Shown piece after piece: positions 1-11,980 of a stretch of 64,000 bases of DNA. Location of the stretch: NCBI GenBank assembly GCA_032718475.1, contig JAUCBJ010002454.1:43521-107520 (forward strand). Reading direction: 5' to 3'. Each line of letters opens with the position of its first letter. Position 1 is the first letter of the stretch. The notes beneath the pieces are model-generated. The model ran no database searches. It was not told the origin of the DNA and worked only from the letters and a program-made list of their open reading frames with translations. Source of the DNA: Nemertoderma westbladi (Eukaryota > Animalia > Xenacoelomorpha). The position numbers and the translations under genes were made by a program.

Positions 1-499
1 ACAAAATAACATTTTTTTAAATGTTCTAGAACCAAAAATATCTGTTCTAAAACATTACTTTTTACAAAAATAGATAGATGAAATGTTCTAGAACATTAAA
101 AAAAATTTAAAAAATGTTTTTCTAATTATATTTTTTTTCACTAGCTAATAAAAAGTACTAGCTAACACAATGAAATTTACTAGCTACCATCTTACTAGGA
201 GAATGTTAAATATTTGTTCGAGAACAAAAAAACCTGATGATAAAAGCCATTTTCATATAAAAAAAATTGGTCAAAAAGTGGGTACCCATAACATAGTAAT
301 GCCAAAAATAGCTTTGATAACTTCAAAAATACCTAATTAATTAATTAATTAATAAAAAAAATGAATAAACAATATGTTCTAGAACACTAAAAAAAGTAAC
401 AAAAACTAGCTAGAATAAAAAATTTGATGGGGGGGGGGGGGGGGGGGGGTCTGCACAAAACACACTAGTACCCCTTAATACTGTATTAACACTTTGTAA

Positions 500-755
500 G
501 TCAGCAAGATGGCTTAAGAAGACCACCAGCCCCTAAGTACTGTAGCTTATTTCCAGTGCTGTCCCCCCAGAACTTTACTCCCCAGAGGAAACTCTAGTAC
601 TCATTTAGCTACCACTTAAGGATGCAAGGCAGAGATGCGTCCTGGTTGGTCCCTTTAAAGCATTCGTGCCGAAACGAAAACTGCCCTGGCCCATGTGAGG
701 ATCAAACCCACGACCTACAGATGTGAATTCAATGCAACCACTACACCAAGGTGGA
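500..755 (-). mobile_element. tRNA-derived SINE-like element
   Basis: The minus strand has an A-box-like TGGTGTAGTGG (738-748) and a B-box-like GGTTTGATCC (699-708) at tRNA-like spacing. The body segment tttaaagcattcgtgccgaaacg recurs at ~52000-52022. Boundaries are approximate. Confidence 0.55.
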
Positions 756-1841
756 AAATGTGGTACCTTAGATTTTTTTCAAATTTTAATCAAATGTTAC
801 GAAAGTTGGTACAGTAGTTCGACTTTCTTTATTTTTGAATATCTATAATTCAAGTTGCTGTTAGAAGTTGTCTATTTAGCACCACTTACACAAACCACCA
901 ACACACCATCTCACTTTATACAACAACCATTTGTAGAGGGTCGGAGCCCCCCCCCCCCCCCTAACTTTTTCAACTTTCAATTATATGCTACGAAATTTGG
1001 TATGATGATAGTTCGACAATTTTTCTTACTAAGATATTTTGATAAACATGCAGTTAAAAAAACGCCTTTTTTTAGAAACATTTAACCACTTCATCGCCTT
1101 TATTTTTCGTCTTTGGAATCATCATTTAAATCATAGGTAGCGAGCGATTTACGACTCAGAATATACATTTTAGTATTTTGGTAATATCTTTGGAAATTTT
1201 TGGTTAAATTTAAAACGGTTTTCAGATTCGGAATCTGCAGATGAAGGCGGCTCTAATAACATCGCGGCTCCAACAGAGATCTATATCTAATGATATGTAT
1301 ATATAATGATATATATAATGATATCTGGATGGATTTATATTACCATGACGAATAATAAAGCCGGCGAAGGTGGCTCAATATTTTATTTCCAAATAAACGA
1401 TTAATGGCTTGTTGTATCAAAATAGAAATAGAAATTGAAAAATCCGGCCAGGCCAGCAGTAAGACCAATGTTTATATTTGCCATTTTGGAACATTATCTA
1501 GAACTGTCTCCATCTCCATATTCCGAATGCGAAAACAGTTTTAAACATCCCAAGAATTCAAGGTGAAGGTGCTATCACCAAAATAAACGGCACACTTTTT
1601 ACGTCGTATATCGACATTTTTTACTATATCCTAAAATATTAACTAATATTAAGCCAACACTTGAAAACTCCTCCGTGTGATTCTTCATATTCTAGAATAT
1701 AGTAAAAAAAATATATCAAAATTAATTTTGAAAAATATTTGACAATTATTGGTACGTATATAACGCGAAAAAAGTAGGGTTGCATGTTCCTTGATAAATC
1801 AATATTTATGTTATTTTAGAACTGTTATAATGGTACAATAA

Positions 1842-2509
1842 CGCCACTAATAGAATGTCACCCCAAATTAGATTATGTGACACCAAAAAAATTATTTAGC
1901 ACCAAATATATATTTTTTAGTACCAATTTACATCCCCTAACTTTGAATATCTCTCTCACCGAAAACAATTATTTATACCCCAAAAACAATAATTATTCAT
2001 CCCAAAAAACAATTATTTATTCCCCTAAAAAAAATTCTTCAATTTCCCTGAAATAATTACTTGTCAACCAAAAACAATTCTTCAATTTCCCTAAAATAAT
2101 TACTTGTCAACCAAAAACAATTCTTCCAGCACCAAATATTTTATGGAAAATTTAACTATACAAATTCATTCATTATTTATTTCGATAAATCCAAAAAATG
2201 TTTAATCATATTATACCGACGATCCCCTTACCTATAGTCTGCAACTGAGAGTCTGTTTATTTTGGTGGAATATTTTATTATTTTGGGGATTATGTATTTA
2301 TTTTTGGGGACAATGTATTCATTTTGGGAAAATTTGTATTTATTTTGGGGGATTATGTATTTATTTTGGTGTAAATAATTGTTTTTGGTGTTTGAATAAT
2401 TTTATTTGGGGTAACTTTTATTTTATTTGGTGATGAATAATATTTTTGGGTAACATTATTTAAATTGGTGTGATATAATTTTTTTGGTGTGGACTTTAAT
2501 TGGTAGCCG
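1842..2509. mobile_element. MITE-like non-autonomous DNA transposon
   Basis: An 8-bp direct repeat tacaataa flanks both ends (1834-1841, 2510-2517). The termini are imperfect inverted repeats (cgccactaat / attggtagccg). The left half is rich in caccaaaa/ccccaaa motifs and the right half in their complements. Confidence 0.6.
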
Positions 2510-2570
2510 TACAATAATGCTTATTGACAATAGTTATGTAAACTAGTAAACCTAAATATAATCATATAAA

Positions 2571-3257
2571 ATGGCGCCACCATCAACACATGAAATCGTT
2601 TCACATTATGTTAAATTTTCTCTACTTGAACATGGCTACTTCTCTGATCTACCTGAATATAGAGCCATTCCCAAACATGTTGTGGGAGTACTTGGAGTAA
2701 TGAAACATGCAGTCCAATTGAATTTCGCCGACTGCCACCACGCACATGGATCTAAAATGTTTAAAACATTCGAAACAATGAAAAAAACTTTTGTTGAAAA
2801 CAACGATTTCAAGGAAGCGCTACGTGTTATCCGAGATTCCGAATGGCTGAACAAGGAAACGGACTGGCACAGAATTGTTGCTTTCATAGATTTCGGTGCG
2901 CGTCTGTCACTGGACTTGGCAGAGAAGGAATGTAACCAGAGAGTTATTACGGATGGGATCATTGCGGTTTCGGATTGTTTACAGGAAAGCTGTGGGAGAT
3001 GGATCGAAGCCCATGGTGGTTGGTATGATGGGTTCAAAAAAAGTGTGAAAGAATTCGAAGAGTTCAAGGACATGGTCACGACTTTAGGTGACGTGAATTA
3101 CGACGTTAGACATAGTGAATCAACTGGTAGACATAGTGAATCAACTGGTAGACATAGTGAATCAACTGAAAGAATAAAATTTATAATTGGATCTATTGCC
3201 GCAGCCATAGTAGCCGGTTTGGGAGTTGGTCTCATACGTCGAGCCTTCAGGAAATAG
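2571..3257 (+). CDS. Bcl-2 family protein, single exon, C-terminal membrane anchor
   Basis: 228-aa ORF with a BH1-like motif (ETDWHRIVAFIDFGARL), a BH2 motif (WIEAHGGWYDGF) and a hydrophobic tail followed by basic residues (FIIGSIAAAIVAGLGVGLIRRAFRK). Confidence 0.88.
   Translation: MAPPSTHEIVSHYVKFSLLEHGYFSDLPEYRAIPKHVVGVLGVMKHAVQLNFADCHHAHGSKMFKTFETMKKTFVENNDFKEALRVIRDSEWLNKETDWHRIVAFIDFGARLSLDLAEKECNQRVITDGIIAVSDCLQESCGRWIEAHGGWYDGFKKSVKEFEEFKDMVTTLGDVNYDVRHSESTGRHSESTGRHSESTERIKFIIGSIAAAIVAGLGVGLIRRAFRK
3108..3167 (+). repeat. 21-bp coding tandem repeat x3 (RHSESTG)
   Basis: agacatagtgaatcaactggt is repeated in frame just before the Bcl-2 transmembrane segment. Confidence 0.9.
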
Positions 3258-6200
3258 AGAAACAGCTGATGAGTCCGTTATTACGAGTCCTAATTAATTG
3301 TATTAATACTTAACAGAGAAAATTAATTTAGGATGGATTGATATTAAATAGCAACCCTTATTGAATCTCTCAGAGCCAATTAATTAAAATTATACACGTG
3401 GACGCAAGCAATATGGTTCTATTAACTGAAACGTTTTATCTTACAGAAAAGTTTTAATGGAATTGATGTCATATTAATTATATTTGTAGTATTAATGTAG
3501 TATGAAAAATATTGATACAATAATATTATGTTAATAAACCAACGTTTACCTTTGTAAGATTTAGTTAACAAGAAAAAAAGAGAAACAATCCTTGGGATAT
3601 GAATCATATCAAATTAAATATATAACAACATTAATTACAATTATAAATGCATAGTACCTAATGAGCCAAGTAATTTATAAAACTTTATGTTGAGTAAAAT
3701 GTTAGGCCGTTGAAGGGAAGTGACATAGAGAAAATGCTAAAGTTTCGTTTTCGTTTGAGGTTTGTTATAAATATATGTGCCCAACTGCCATCATTGAGGG
3801 TTTTTCTAAAAGTGATCAAATTCTACACCGAATCGACTTTATACGATTTCGTTCCCCCATGTGTTCGTTCCAGAACGTTTTTACTCACTATTATTCCAAT
3901 GGGAACAGCCTCGGATTCAAGTTATAAGTGCTATTATATTGTAACGATAATGGCAATGGGGATTTATACATTTAAATTGACTTTCAAAATTAATTCAAAA
4001 ACTTACCATTGAATCAAAACCAATCTTAAATTCCTGGTTTTATCTTTAAATATATTTTAAAAAACCATTCCACAATTGCAAAGAGTGTATTAAATTCAAC
4101 TTCTAACCAACCAAATGCATTCAGTAACCTCACTTCCATTATCGTCTCCAACAAGTTCTTGTGCGCCATAAGATGGGGATTACGGTGATGTAACTTTAAT
4201 TATAATGTAAACATATACAATTTGTTAATTTTCAACAGTAAAATTTATTACTAAAATATATGAAAGCAAAGGATGAATTAATTGTCTTAATTATTAATTT
4301 AATCGGATTATTTATTATACAATTTTTAGTCGGATTATTGATCACAATAAAATTCCCTACCAAAATCACCAAAACATTTACTATTATACTCCCATGCCAG
4401 TTTCAGTGCCGAACTATAAGTTCTGGTGAAATTTTCCCTAAATTTTAGCAAAAACTTTAATTCAAAGATAAGCGATAAGTTTAACTAACTGAACTCCTCA
4501 CTTCTGCGTAGTCACCATAGAGCAACAATAATTTGTGTTTCCAGCCGCGATCATAAATATTTCGTGCTAATAATACAGCAATACAAGCCAGTTACTAACA
4601 TTAGGCCTATTCTTCATTCTCTGAGCGGAGACAACTGTACAATTAAATTAATTAATTAATAATTAATTTATACCTTACCTAGTCGTGTTCCTTTGTATTG
4701 ATAATAAAATCATAATTTCATGTATAATTTGTTATAGAAGGGCCGATTTTGTATGATAAATTTATTTGTGAGTTGAAATAAATCTCAAACAAAAATGAAA
4801 CTATCGCAATCGTTCCCTCTCTAGTTCAGCCGGACGTTGGAAAGTATGGCATTATTTGTGGGACTAAAAACTCAATTCATAAAAATTACAAACACCACAA
4901 TTATTACAAATTAAAATTACTAAACGAGGAATCTAGTGTAATAATTTCGAAAATTCAAAACATAATAAATGACAACAAATTTTATATTTTCCTCATCTGG
5001 ATGACTTAGAAAACATAACTTCTAACCGCCCCTCTGAGCTCTCTTAACTCGGTAGAAAAATTATCAAAACCGGTAGACATATCGCACCCACATAGAAGTA
5101 TCTTATATATTTACTATTAGAAATGGATATGCCACAGTGATTATTGTTCTAAATGCACTGCCCTTATGCAATCCCAAATAAACCGAAAATATCACTGCAA
5201 TAAAAATTAAAAAAACAGAACATGTAAAATAATTCCACACACAGAGCACCTATAAACATTAACTAATTATACATCTGCCCCATAAAACTATTAATTATCC
5301 ATTAATTGTTAATTAAAAATTATTTTCACCAGTATTTATTACAATATATAAATAATTAATTAATAACTATAAATAAAAAAATTGTACATTTAGAATAGAG
5401 ATACAAACGTTATAATCGTAAAAATTGTGCCGCAATGCTGCATAACGTAAAATATTGAACACATTATTTTTGTAATCTATATACAATAATTATTATTAAT
5501 AATATTAAAACAATACTTAAATTAAAAAATCTAAGACACTTTACCACAAAATAAGAAGACCACTCTCTTTAATTATAAATTATTTAGGGCCACTAAATAA
5601 CTAGATTTATAAGTTACAAATAATTAAGACTAAAAAAAGCTATTTTCGTAAAAGCTTTTCCGCTAAAAACAATCTTTATTCATGCACTGTATAATTATGC
5701 TGCTGGCAATAACATAGGCGCTAGTCGTACAAAAATTTACATAAACCCCCCATGCAAACACACTAGTTGTTAGTTCAGTTATACGTCAACATGTCTATAC
5801 GAATGAATAGGCCTACATGAAAAGGGGTTTGGTAGTAAAAGGTTCGAAAACAAAAGGATTGAAAACAATTTTAGATAACACATCGAACCAACACCAACAT
5901 ATATGCCCCCATAATATAGTCTCGGAGATTTATAGAGCACTTCTGAGACCTAGAGATGCCATTTAAGATATTCATTGTCCTTTTATACTGCAACGTGGCT
6001 AGTTGTTTTAGTAAGCTCGTAGTTAATAGTCTCAACTCTGGGTTTTATTGTGCGATTATTGTGTTTCGTGATTTATTTAGCACATTGGCTCCATAATATT
6101 CTGCAACACACCCTACGCCATGGACTCCTCCATGGTTGGCGCAATATCCAGTTCCTGTAATCCAAAGAAGCATCAAGTAATAAATTAGTTTGTACCTTAT

Positions 6201-6288
6201 AATATTGCAGCACCTTTAGTATAGGCCATAACTGTAGTTACTTCTTACTTCCTTAAGTTTACAAAGTCAATATAGCTTTAATGGGCCA

Positions 6289-8869
6289 CTACTACTAGGA
6301 TCGGCATGCTGCATTGCAGCTGCATTTTTAAGAATGCTGTGCCGGCTTATCGACAAAATTGCACCGCCACAACTCCCTATCACCCATGACATTTGCTAGA
6401 TTATCCGCCAAGGCCAGTGTCCTTTAAGATGCGTCTCAAGAAAGTCATGGGCTGTCCACCATGCTTATTCACTCCATGAGGCTGCCAAAGTACAAGATTA
6501 TGCACTGGCTGGTCCTCACGGCGAAAGCAATGTCCTGCAAAGCGGAGGCGATTTTGTTCTAGTGTCAAGCTTGGGGGAACCAATGAGACACCTACAATGT
6601 TATATAGTGTCTGGTTGGAGATGTGTGCATTGTACTTGACACAATGAACTTGCGTAGCATTCTTGTGAATGTGCCATCCAGAGATTTGGTGTCCTCAGCA
6701 GTTAGAGCCCAGCATGGACTCCCATAGAGGAGTACTGGAACTAATGCTGCTCTAAATAACCGGACCTTAAGTTTCCGATTAATTATCGGTGACTTCCAAA
6801 TCCTGGAAAGCCTATTCAAGGCTGCCCATGCCTTTCCCTTACGTATTCGAAGGTCCTCACCTGACTTCCGGATCCATGATCCCAGGTAACAGAAGTCATC
6901 CACATGCTCAAGCATACCATCTTTTGAGCTTATGCTCATCCGATCAGAGACTTGCTGAGGACTTTCAAAGTTAACTGTCAAAATTTTGGTCTTTCTGGAT
7001 TTAATAAAAAGACCAACACTAGAAGCAGCATGTTCTAATGAGCTGAGGAGCCGTTGGGCTCCCTCTAGTGATTCTGAGAGTACTCCTAAGTCATCAGCAA
7101 AGTCTAGATCAGTTAGGTACTTGGCAGGATTTCCTCGACTTCTGGAGCCAGTAGGTGGAGTTATCATCACCCCATCATCATTATGATGATCTAAGGACAT
7201 GCGTAGAACATAGTCAACAACAATTATGAACAAGAATGGTGCAAGTGTGTCTCCCTGGAGGACGCCCCATTACACTTCAAATGGTTCTGTGTCACCGTCA
7301 ACAGTAGACACAAATGTTGTCGAACCATCGTATACTGATCTGATTGCTGCAATAATTTCATCAGGAATCCCATATAATGAAAGTATGCTGAACATACGTG
7401 AGCGAGAGACTGAATCAAAGGCCTTGAAGAAGTCAACAAAGATAACAGCCAGATGCCTGTCTTTCTTTTTTGATAACTCTTCAATTATCCTTCTAAGTGC
7501 CAAAATGGGCTCCATGGTCCCACGACCTTTACGGAACCCATTCTGATTTCCACGGAGCAGTCTCTCAATGGGATCACTGATGCGATTTAATAGAATTCTA
7601 TTGTATAGCTTTGCAGCAATCGAGATCAATGAGATTCCCCGGAAAGAACCATAGAGTGTTAGGTTGCCCTTCTTGGGAACTGGCACCAACTTATTTGTTT
7701 TCATTTCTTGTGGGACTCTTGTTGTTCGGTACATGTCTACTATGATGGGATAGATGAGCTTTAAACACTCAGGTATTTTAAAGACCTCAGGGGGAACACC
7801 ATCTACTCCACTGGCACGATTGGTCTTATGCTCTTTGCAGCAGCCTTCACTTCTGCAAAGGAGATATCACCAATGGGAATATCTGGGAGTACAGACTCAG
7901 ACACTTTTACTTCTATAAAGTTATCAGGCAATACCCTGTCATTATTGAGGAGCTTTTCAAAGTGGGCTTTCCAACCATTGAGGCGATCGGCTGGTGATTC
8001 AGCCTTAACCTTGGTGGTTGGTTGGCTTTTTCGACCAGCAAGCAAGTTGATCGATCTCCATGCCTGGGACGATTGCCTGCTGTCGTCAGCATCATTGATG
8101 GCCTCAACCTGTTGGTTTATTAGCTTATAATAAACTCCTTATAATAAGCTCCAACTCCAGAATCCCTCTCCCCCTCACAATCTGGCCTCCCTGGTGACCC
8201 AAGGGTTTGGGCCAGAAAGGTCATCAGGAAAGGGACTCAAAGAATTGTTTGCCGCTCTCCCTCCAGTAGGGGGTGAGACAGGCAGCCGGTCAGGAGATAA
8301 CTGACGCCTGTGAGGCCGATTGTGTCCAGTCATTCCACTGGCCTCTAGTGGCCAGACCACCGAATTACTAATGTAATCCATAGTGGGGGTTGGGGGGTGC
8401 TTTTTTTGCAGAGTCAGCTCTCGGGGCAAATACCACACCCTGGTTTGCCATTCCACAGGGTGGGTGTCGCAGTGGAGTCAGATATGAAGCCCATCACCCA
8501 TATCTACTCTGGCGCACATGACCCACCATTGGCTGTGCAGCTCATCTGCTGGGTCATGCCCTGTACCCCTGCTGCCAGGTGCAGGTCGCAGTGAAGTGCA
8601 CTCAGAGTGGACATGAGAACTCTCTACTCCTGACCAGCCATTGGTAGACCATCATCTGCCTGGCCAGGCCATATACCCATGCAGCCAAGTATATGGGTCC
8701 TTAATCCAGGACCAAAAGCGTCCTTATCCCAGAACGTAGGGGGTCCTAGTTACAGGACCAGATTTGCCCTAGTAAGAGGGTCTATGCAGCTACAGGTGGC
8801 ACCTCCTTTATGCTGCATGGAGGTGGCAAGTTTTCTTGATCAATGACCTAGAATACCTGACCTGACCGG
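6289..8869 (-). mobile_element. Degraded RTE-like non-LTR retrotransposon (frameshifted RT, no recognisable endonuclease)
   Basis: RT motifs lie across frameshifted ORFs: PKKGN..FRGISL, QNGFRKGRGT, FVDFFKAFDSV, GVLQGDTLAPFLF, DLDFADD, FCYLGS, LRFAGHCFR. The 3' end has a (TAG)n-like tail. A perfect 24-bp target-site duplication agtcaatatagctttaatgggcca is at 6265-6288 and 8870-8893. Confidence 0.9.
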
Positions 8870-9000
8870 AGTCAATATAGCTTTAATGGGCCAGCTGTGA
8901 CCGCAAACTTCATAAAACAAGTGGTCAGTGGAGTCCGAGCTGTAAAGGACAGTCGAGTTTAGGTAATATTACAGATCTCGGAGCTCTATAAATATTGGCC

Positions 9001-9947
9001 TTGGTACCATTGGATACTTACCCTGGGATATTATATCTCCTCGTTTTGGTACCATTGGATCCTTACCTGGGATATTGTATCTCCTCGTTTCGGTACCATT
9101 GGATCCTTACCTGGGATATTGTATCTACTCGTTTTGGTACCATTGGATCCTTACCTGGGATATTATATCTCCTCGTTTTGGTACCATTGGATCCTTACCT
9201 GGGATATTATATCTCCTCGTTTTGGTACCATTGGATCCTTACCTGGGATATTGTATCTACTCGTTTTGGTACCATTGGATCCTTACCTGGGATATTATAT
9301 ATCCTCGTTTTGGTACCATTAGATCCTTACCTGAGATATTATATCTCCAAAGTTATTCGTTTTGGAACCATTGGATCCTTACCTGGGATATTATATCTCC
9401 AAAGTTATTCGTTTTGGTACCATTGGTTCCTTACCTTGGATATTATATCTCCTCGTTTTGGTACCATTGGATCCTTACCTGGGATATTGTATCTACTCGT
9501 TTTGGTACCACTGGATCCTTACCTGGGATATTATATCTTCAAAGTTATTCGTTTTGGTACCATTGGATACTTACCTGAGATATTATATCTCCTCGTTTTG
9601 GTACCACTGGATCCTTACCGGGGATATTATACCTCCAAAGTTATTCGTTTTGGTACCATTGGATCCTTACCTGGGATATTATATCTCCTCGTTTTGGTAC
9701 CATTGGATCCTTACCTGGGATATTATATCTCCAAAGTTATTCGTTTTGGTACCATTGGATCCTTACCTTGGATATTATATCTCCTCGTTTTGGTACCATT
9801 GGATCCTTACCTGGGATATTGTATCTACTCGTTTTGGTACCATTGGATCCTTACCTGGGATATTATATCTCCTCTTTTTGGTACCACTGGATCCTTACCT
9901 GAGATATTATATCTCCAAAGTTATTCGTTTTGGTACCATTGGATCCT
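9001..9947. repeat. Minisatellite of mixed 44-bp and 52-bp units (~20 copies)
   Basis: Unit ttggtaccattggatccttacctgggatattatatctcc[aaagttat]tcgtt. The overlapping plus-strand ORFs are repeat artefacts. Confidence 0.95.
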
Positions 9948-9995
9948 TTTCGATTCACTATTTTGACTAAAGTTGTTTCATCACTCGAATGAATC
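9899..9995 (-). CDS. Candidate internal exon (IHSSDETTLVKIVNRKGSNGTKTNNFGDIISQ), scrib tail or an adjacent minus-strand gene
   Basis: Acceptor tatcaatttag (AG at 9997-9996), 97 nt open in phase 2 to phase 0, donor CAG|GTAAGG at 9898. The phase fits the candidate exon at 11885-11980. No homology support. Confidence 0.4.
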
Positions 9996-10637
9996 CTAAA
10001 TTGATATAAAACGTAACTTATATTAAGTTTATTCAATATACTTTGTGAGGATTAGTTGAATATTATAATGTAATGATTTGATTATTCCTTTCGATATAAG
10101 ATGGGAGTAAAATGGTGTAATTTTCAGCCGCGTCCGTTTTGGTCTCAAAAAAATAGAACTTAATTATTCACCTTAATATTGTCATGTTTATTAATATTAT
10201 TTGCTCCATAAATATTCGGCAATACAAATGTAAAAATGCAAATGTTAAATATTACGGAATAAAATAAATAACTTACACAACGTTTAGTCTAATAATTTAC
10301 GGTAATTATTTAGATAGCAAATCAAGTTTTAGGAAAATTTTCTGATTTATAGAGAATCAACAAAATATCAGTCACCAGGTGCAAATATTTTCGGGAAAGG
10401 TGTAACTTCGGGTGTTCGGCGCTCGGGGAAGCTCGGACTCAACATGACGCATCTGGGTGCGTCAATATTAATGTTAATTTAACTACTTTCGGTCACTTAT
10501 TCCTCACTTCGCACATAATAACTTTTACAATTACTGTAGCCGTATATCTCGAATTTCGAAAAATAGCGACAAAGTTATTTCGACAACATTTTTCAAACTA
10601 TTTCTATATTTTAGGTAGTATGCAGCATGCATTATAT

Positions 10638-11161
10638 ATACTGTCGGTAAAAAGGCAAAAGGGCATTTGGTAAAAGGTCATATGCATGCGGATTGCTGAC
10701 AATGTCCACTACATTCTGGCGAAATATTAATGCCTGATGTGATTTTTGTGTAAAATATAGAGTTTTTCGGCAATTATTCGAGGGCATTTATGTAAAATCA
10801 TGTCAAGGAAAAAGGGCGTACTGTATGCCTACTGCTGATGTACAGTCCCTACCGGTTGGTTGTTGAAATTTGAGTTGATCGAATCGTACACTGTCAGACT
10901 GACAGCGTAAATTGAAAACATTATTATTAGTATTATAGTCCAGTATAGTATCTGTTCACTCTAATAAAGGCAAAAGAGCATTAGATGGGCCTTTGATCAA
11001 TAATGATATTATAAGTAATGATATAAAACTGATAGTGGGATTTCACCAGATACAAAATATATTAAATTTGGTTGAACCAATAAAGACTTAAGGTTTTTAT
11101 TTTAGTGTCTCCTGAACAATAGTTTTCATCGAATGCCCTTTTGCCTAATAACTGACGATAT
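10638..11161. mobile_element. MITE-like element with terminal inverted repeats
   Basis: The left end ...gtcggtaaaaaggcaaaagggcatt is inverted relative to aatgcccttttgcctaataactgac at the right end. Confidence 0.45.
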
Positions 11162-11314
11162 GTAGTTTTAACTAAACAATAAACAACATTGAAACATTGA
11201 CTGTAAGAAACAAGTTACTTATTAAACTACCAGTCATGCAATTGTGGCCATTGTATGTGAAATAATGATTGTTTGATACGTGTAAGCAGCCTTCTAGAAC
11301 AATCAATATTATTA

Positions 11315-11532
11315 GGGTAGGTGTAAAACGCGGATCTGGATTCCAAAATTATCCATCAAGGGAAAGGAGCAGGTTACAGTGGCACGTTATTTTAACCAAA
11401 ACAATAAACTAAAGTCAATAGAACAGGTTATAGTTTTATTTTTGGGAGTTATAAAAATGTAAAAAAATCGACTTCCGTAGGGACAATGTTAAATATAGAA
11501 TCCGGATCCGGATCCGCGTTTTACTCAGACCC
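11315..11532. mobile_element. Short MITE-like element
   Basis: TIRs gggtaggtgtaaaacgcggatctggatt / atccggatccgcgttttactcagaccc. The internal segment aagggaaaggagcaggttacagtg recurs at ~49022 and, inverted, at ~14870-14897. Confidence 0.55.
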
Positions 11533-11884
11533 CATTATTATTACTAATTACCATAACAACTGAACAAAAATTAGGTTATTTTTCTTCCGAAATCCATGGC
11601 AGGTACCACCGGTGTTTTGTCTCTTCATTATATATAAAAAACAAAATTACAAACCCATAACGGGACCCGAACCTGTACCAAAACGAACCCTGAAAAATAA
11701 CCGAGTTTTACACTTACTCGCACTCGCACCACACAAACCAAACCCAATCCAATAAATATCCGAACAGGCTAAAACGTTTCGAGTTATGGTAATTAAAATA
11801 AGGATAAGTAATTAAATTCAATAATTCAATGACATCGAAAGAAGTGCACAATTAGCTAAAATCTAATCGAGCGAGGTAGATTAC

Positions 11885-11980
11885 CTAGGACGGACTGGTC
11901 TAATTGGTTCGGTCGTTGTACGACTACCGTCCATAGACCGTCGACGGTTGCTATGGTTACTATCCCCATCCTCGCGCCAA
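11885..11980 (-). CDS. Candidate internal exon (WREDGDSNHSNRRRSMDGSRTTTEPIRPVRP)
   Basis: A GC-richer 96-nt island bounded by cattcttcag and AG|GTAATC. It is open in the phase-2 frame left by exon 16601-16875, but also in a second frame, so the assignment to scrib is uncertain. Confidence 0.45.

Noticed and set aside
3258-3295. Hammerhead-like fragment gaaacagctgatgagtcc
   Set aside because: CTGATGA is present, but stem II and the downstream GAAA cannot be completed.
8995-9970. Plus-strand ORFs of up to 323 aa
   Set aside because: They are translations of the 44/52-bp minisatellite with the same peptides in all frames.
10376-10452. Further candidate minus-strand exon (CVMLSPSFPERRTPEVTPFPKIFAP); similar candidate at ~11718-11768
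   Set aside because: Splice context is weak or ambiguous, several frames are open, and there is no recognisable homology.
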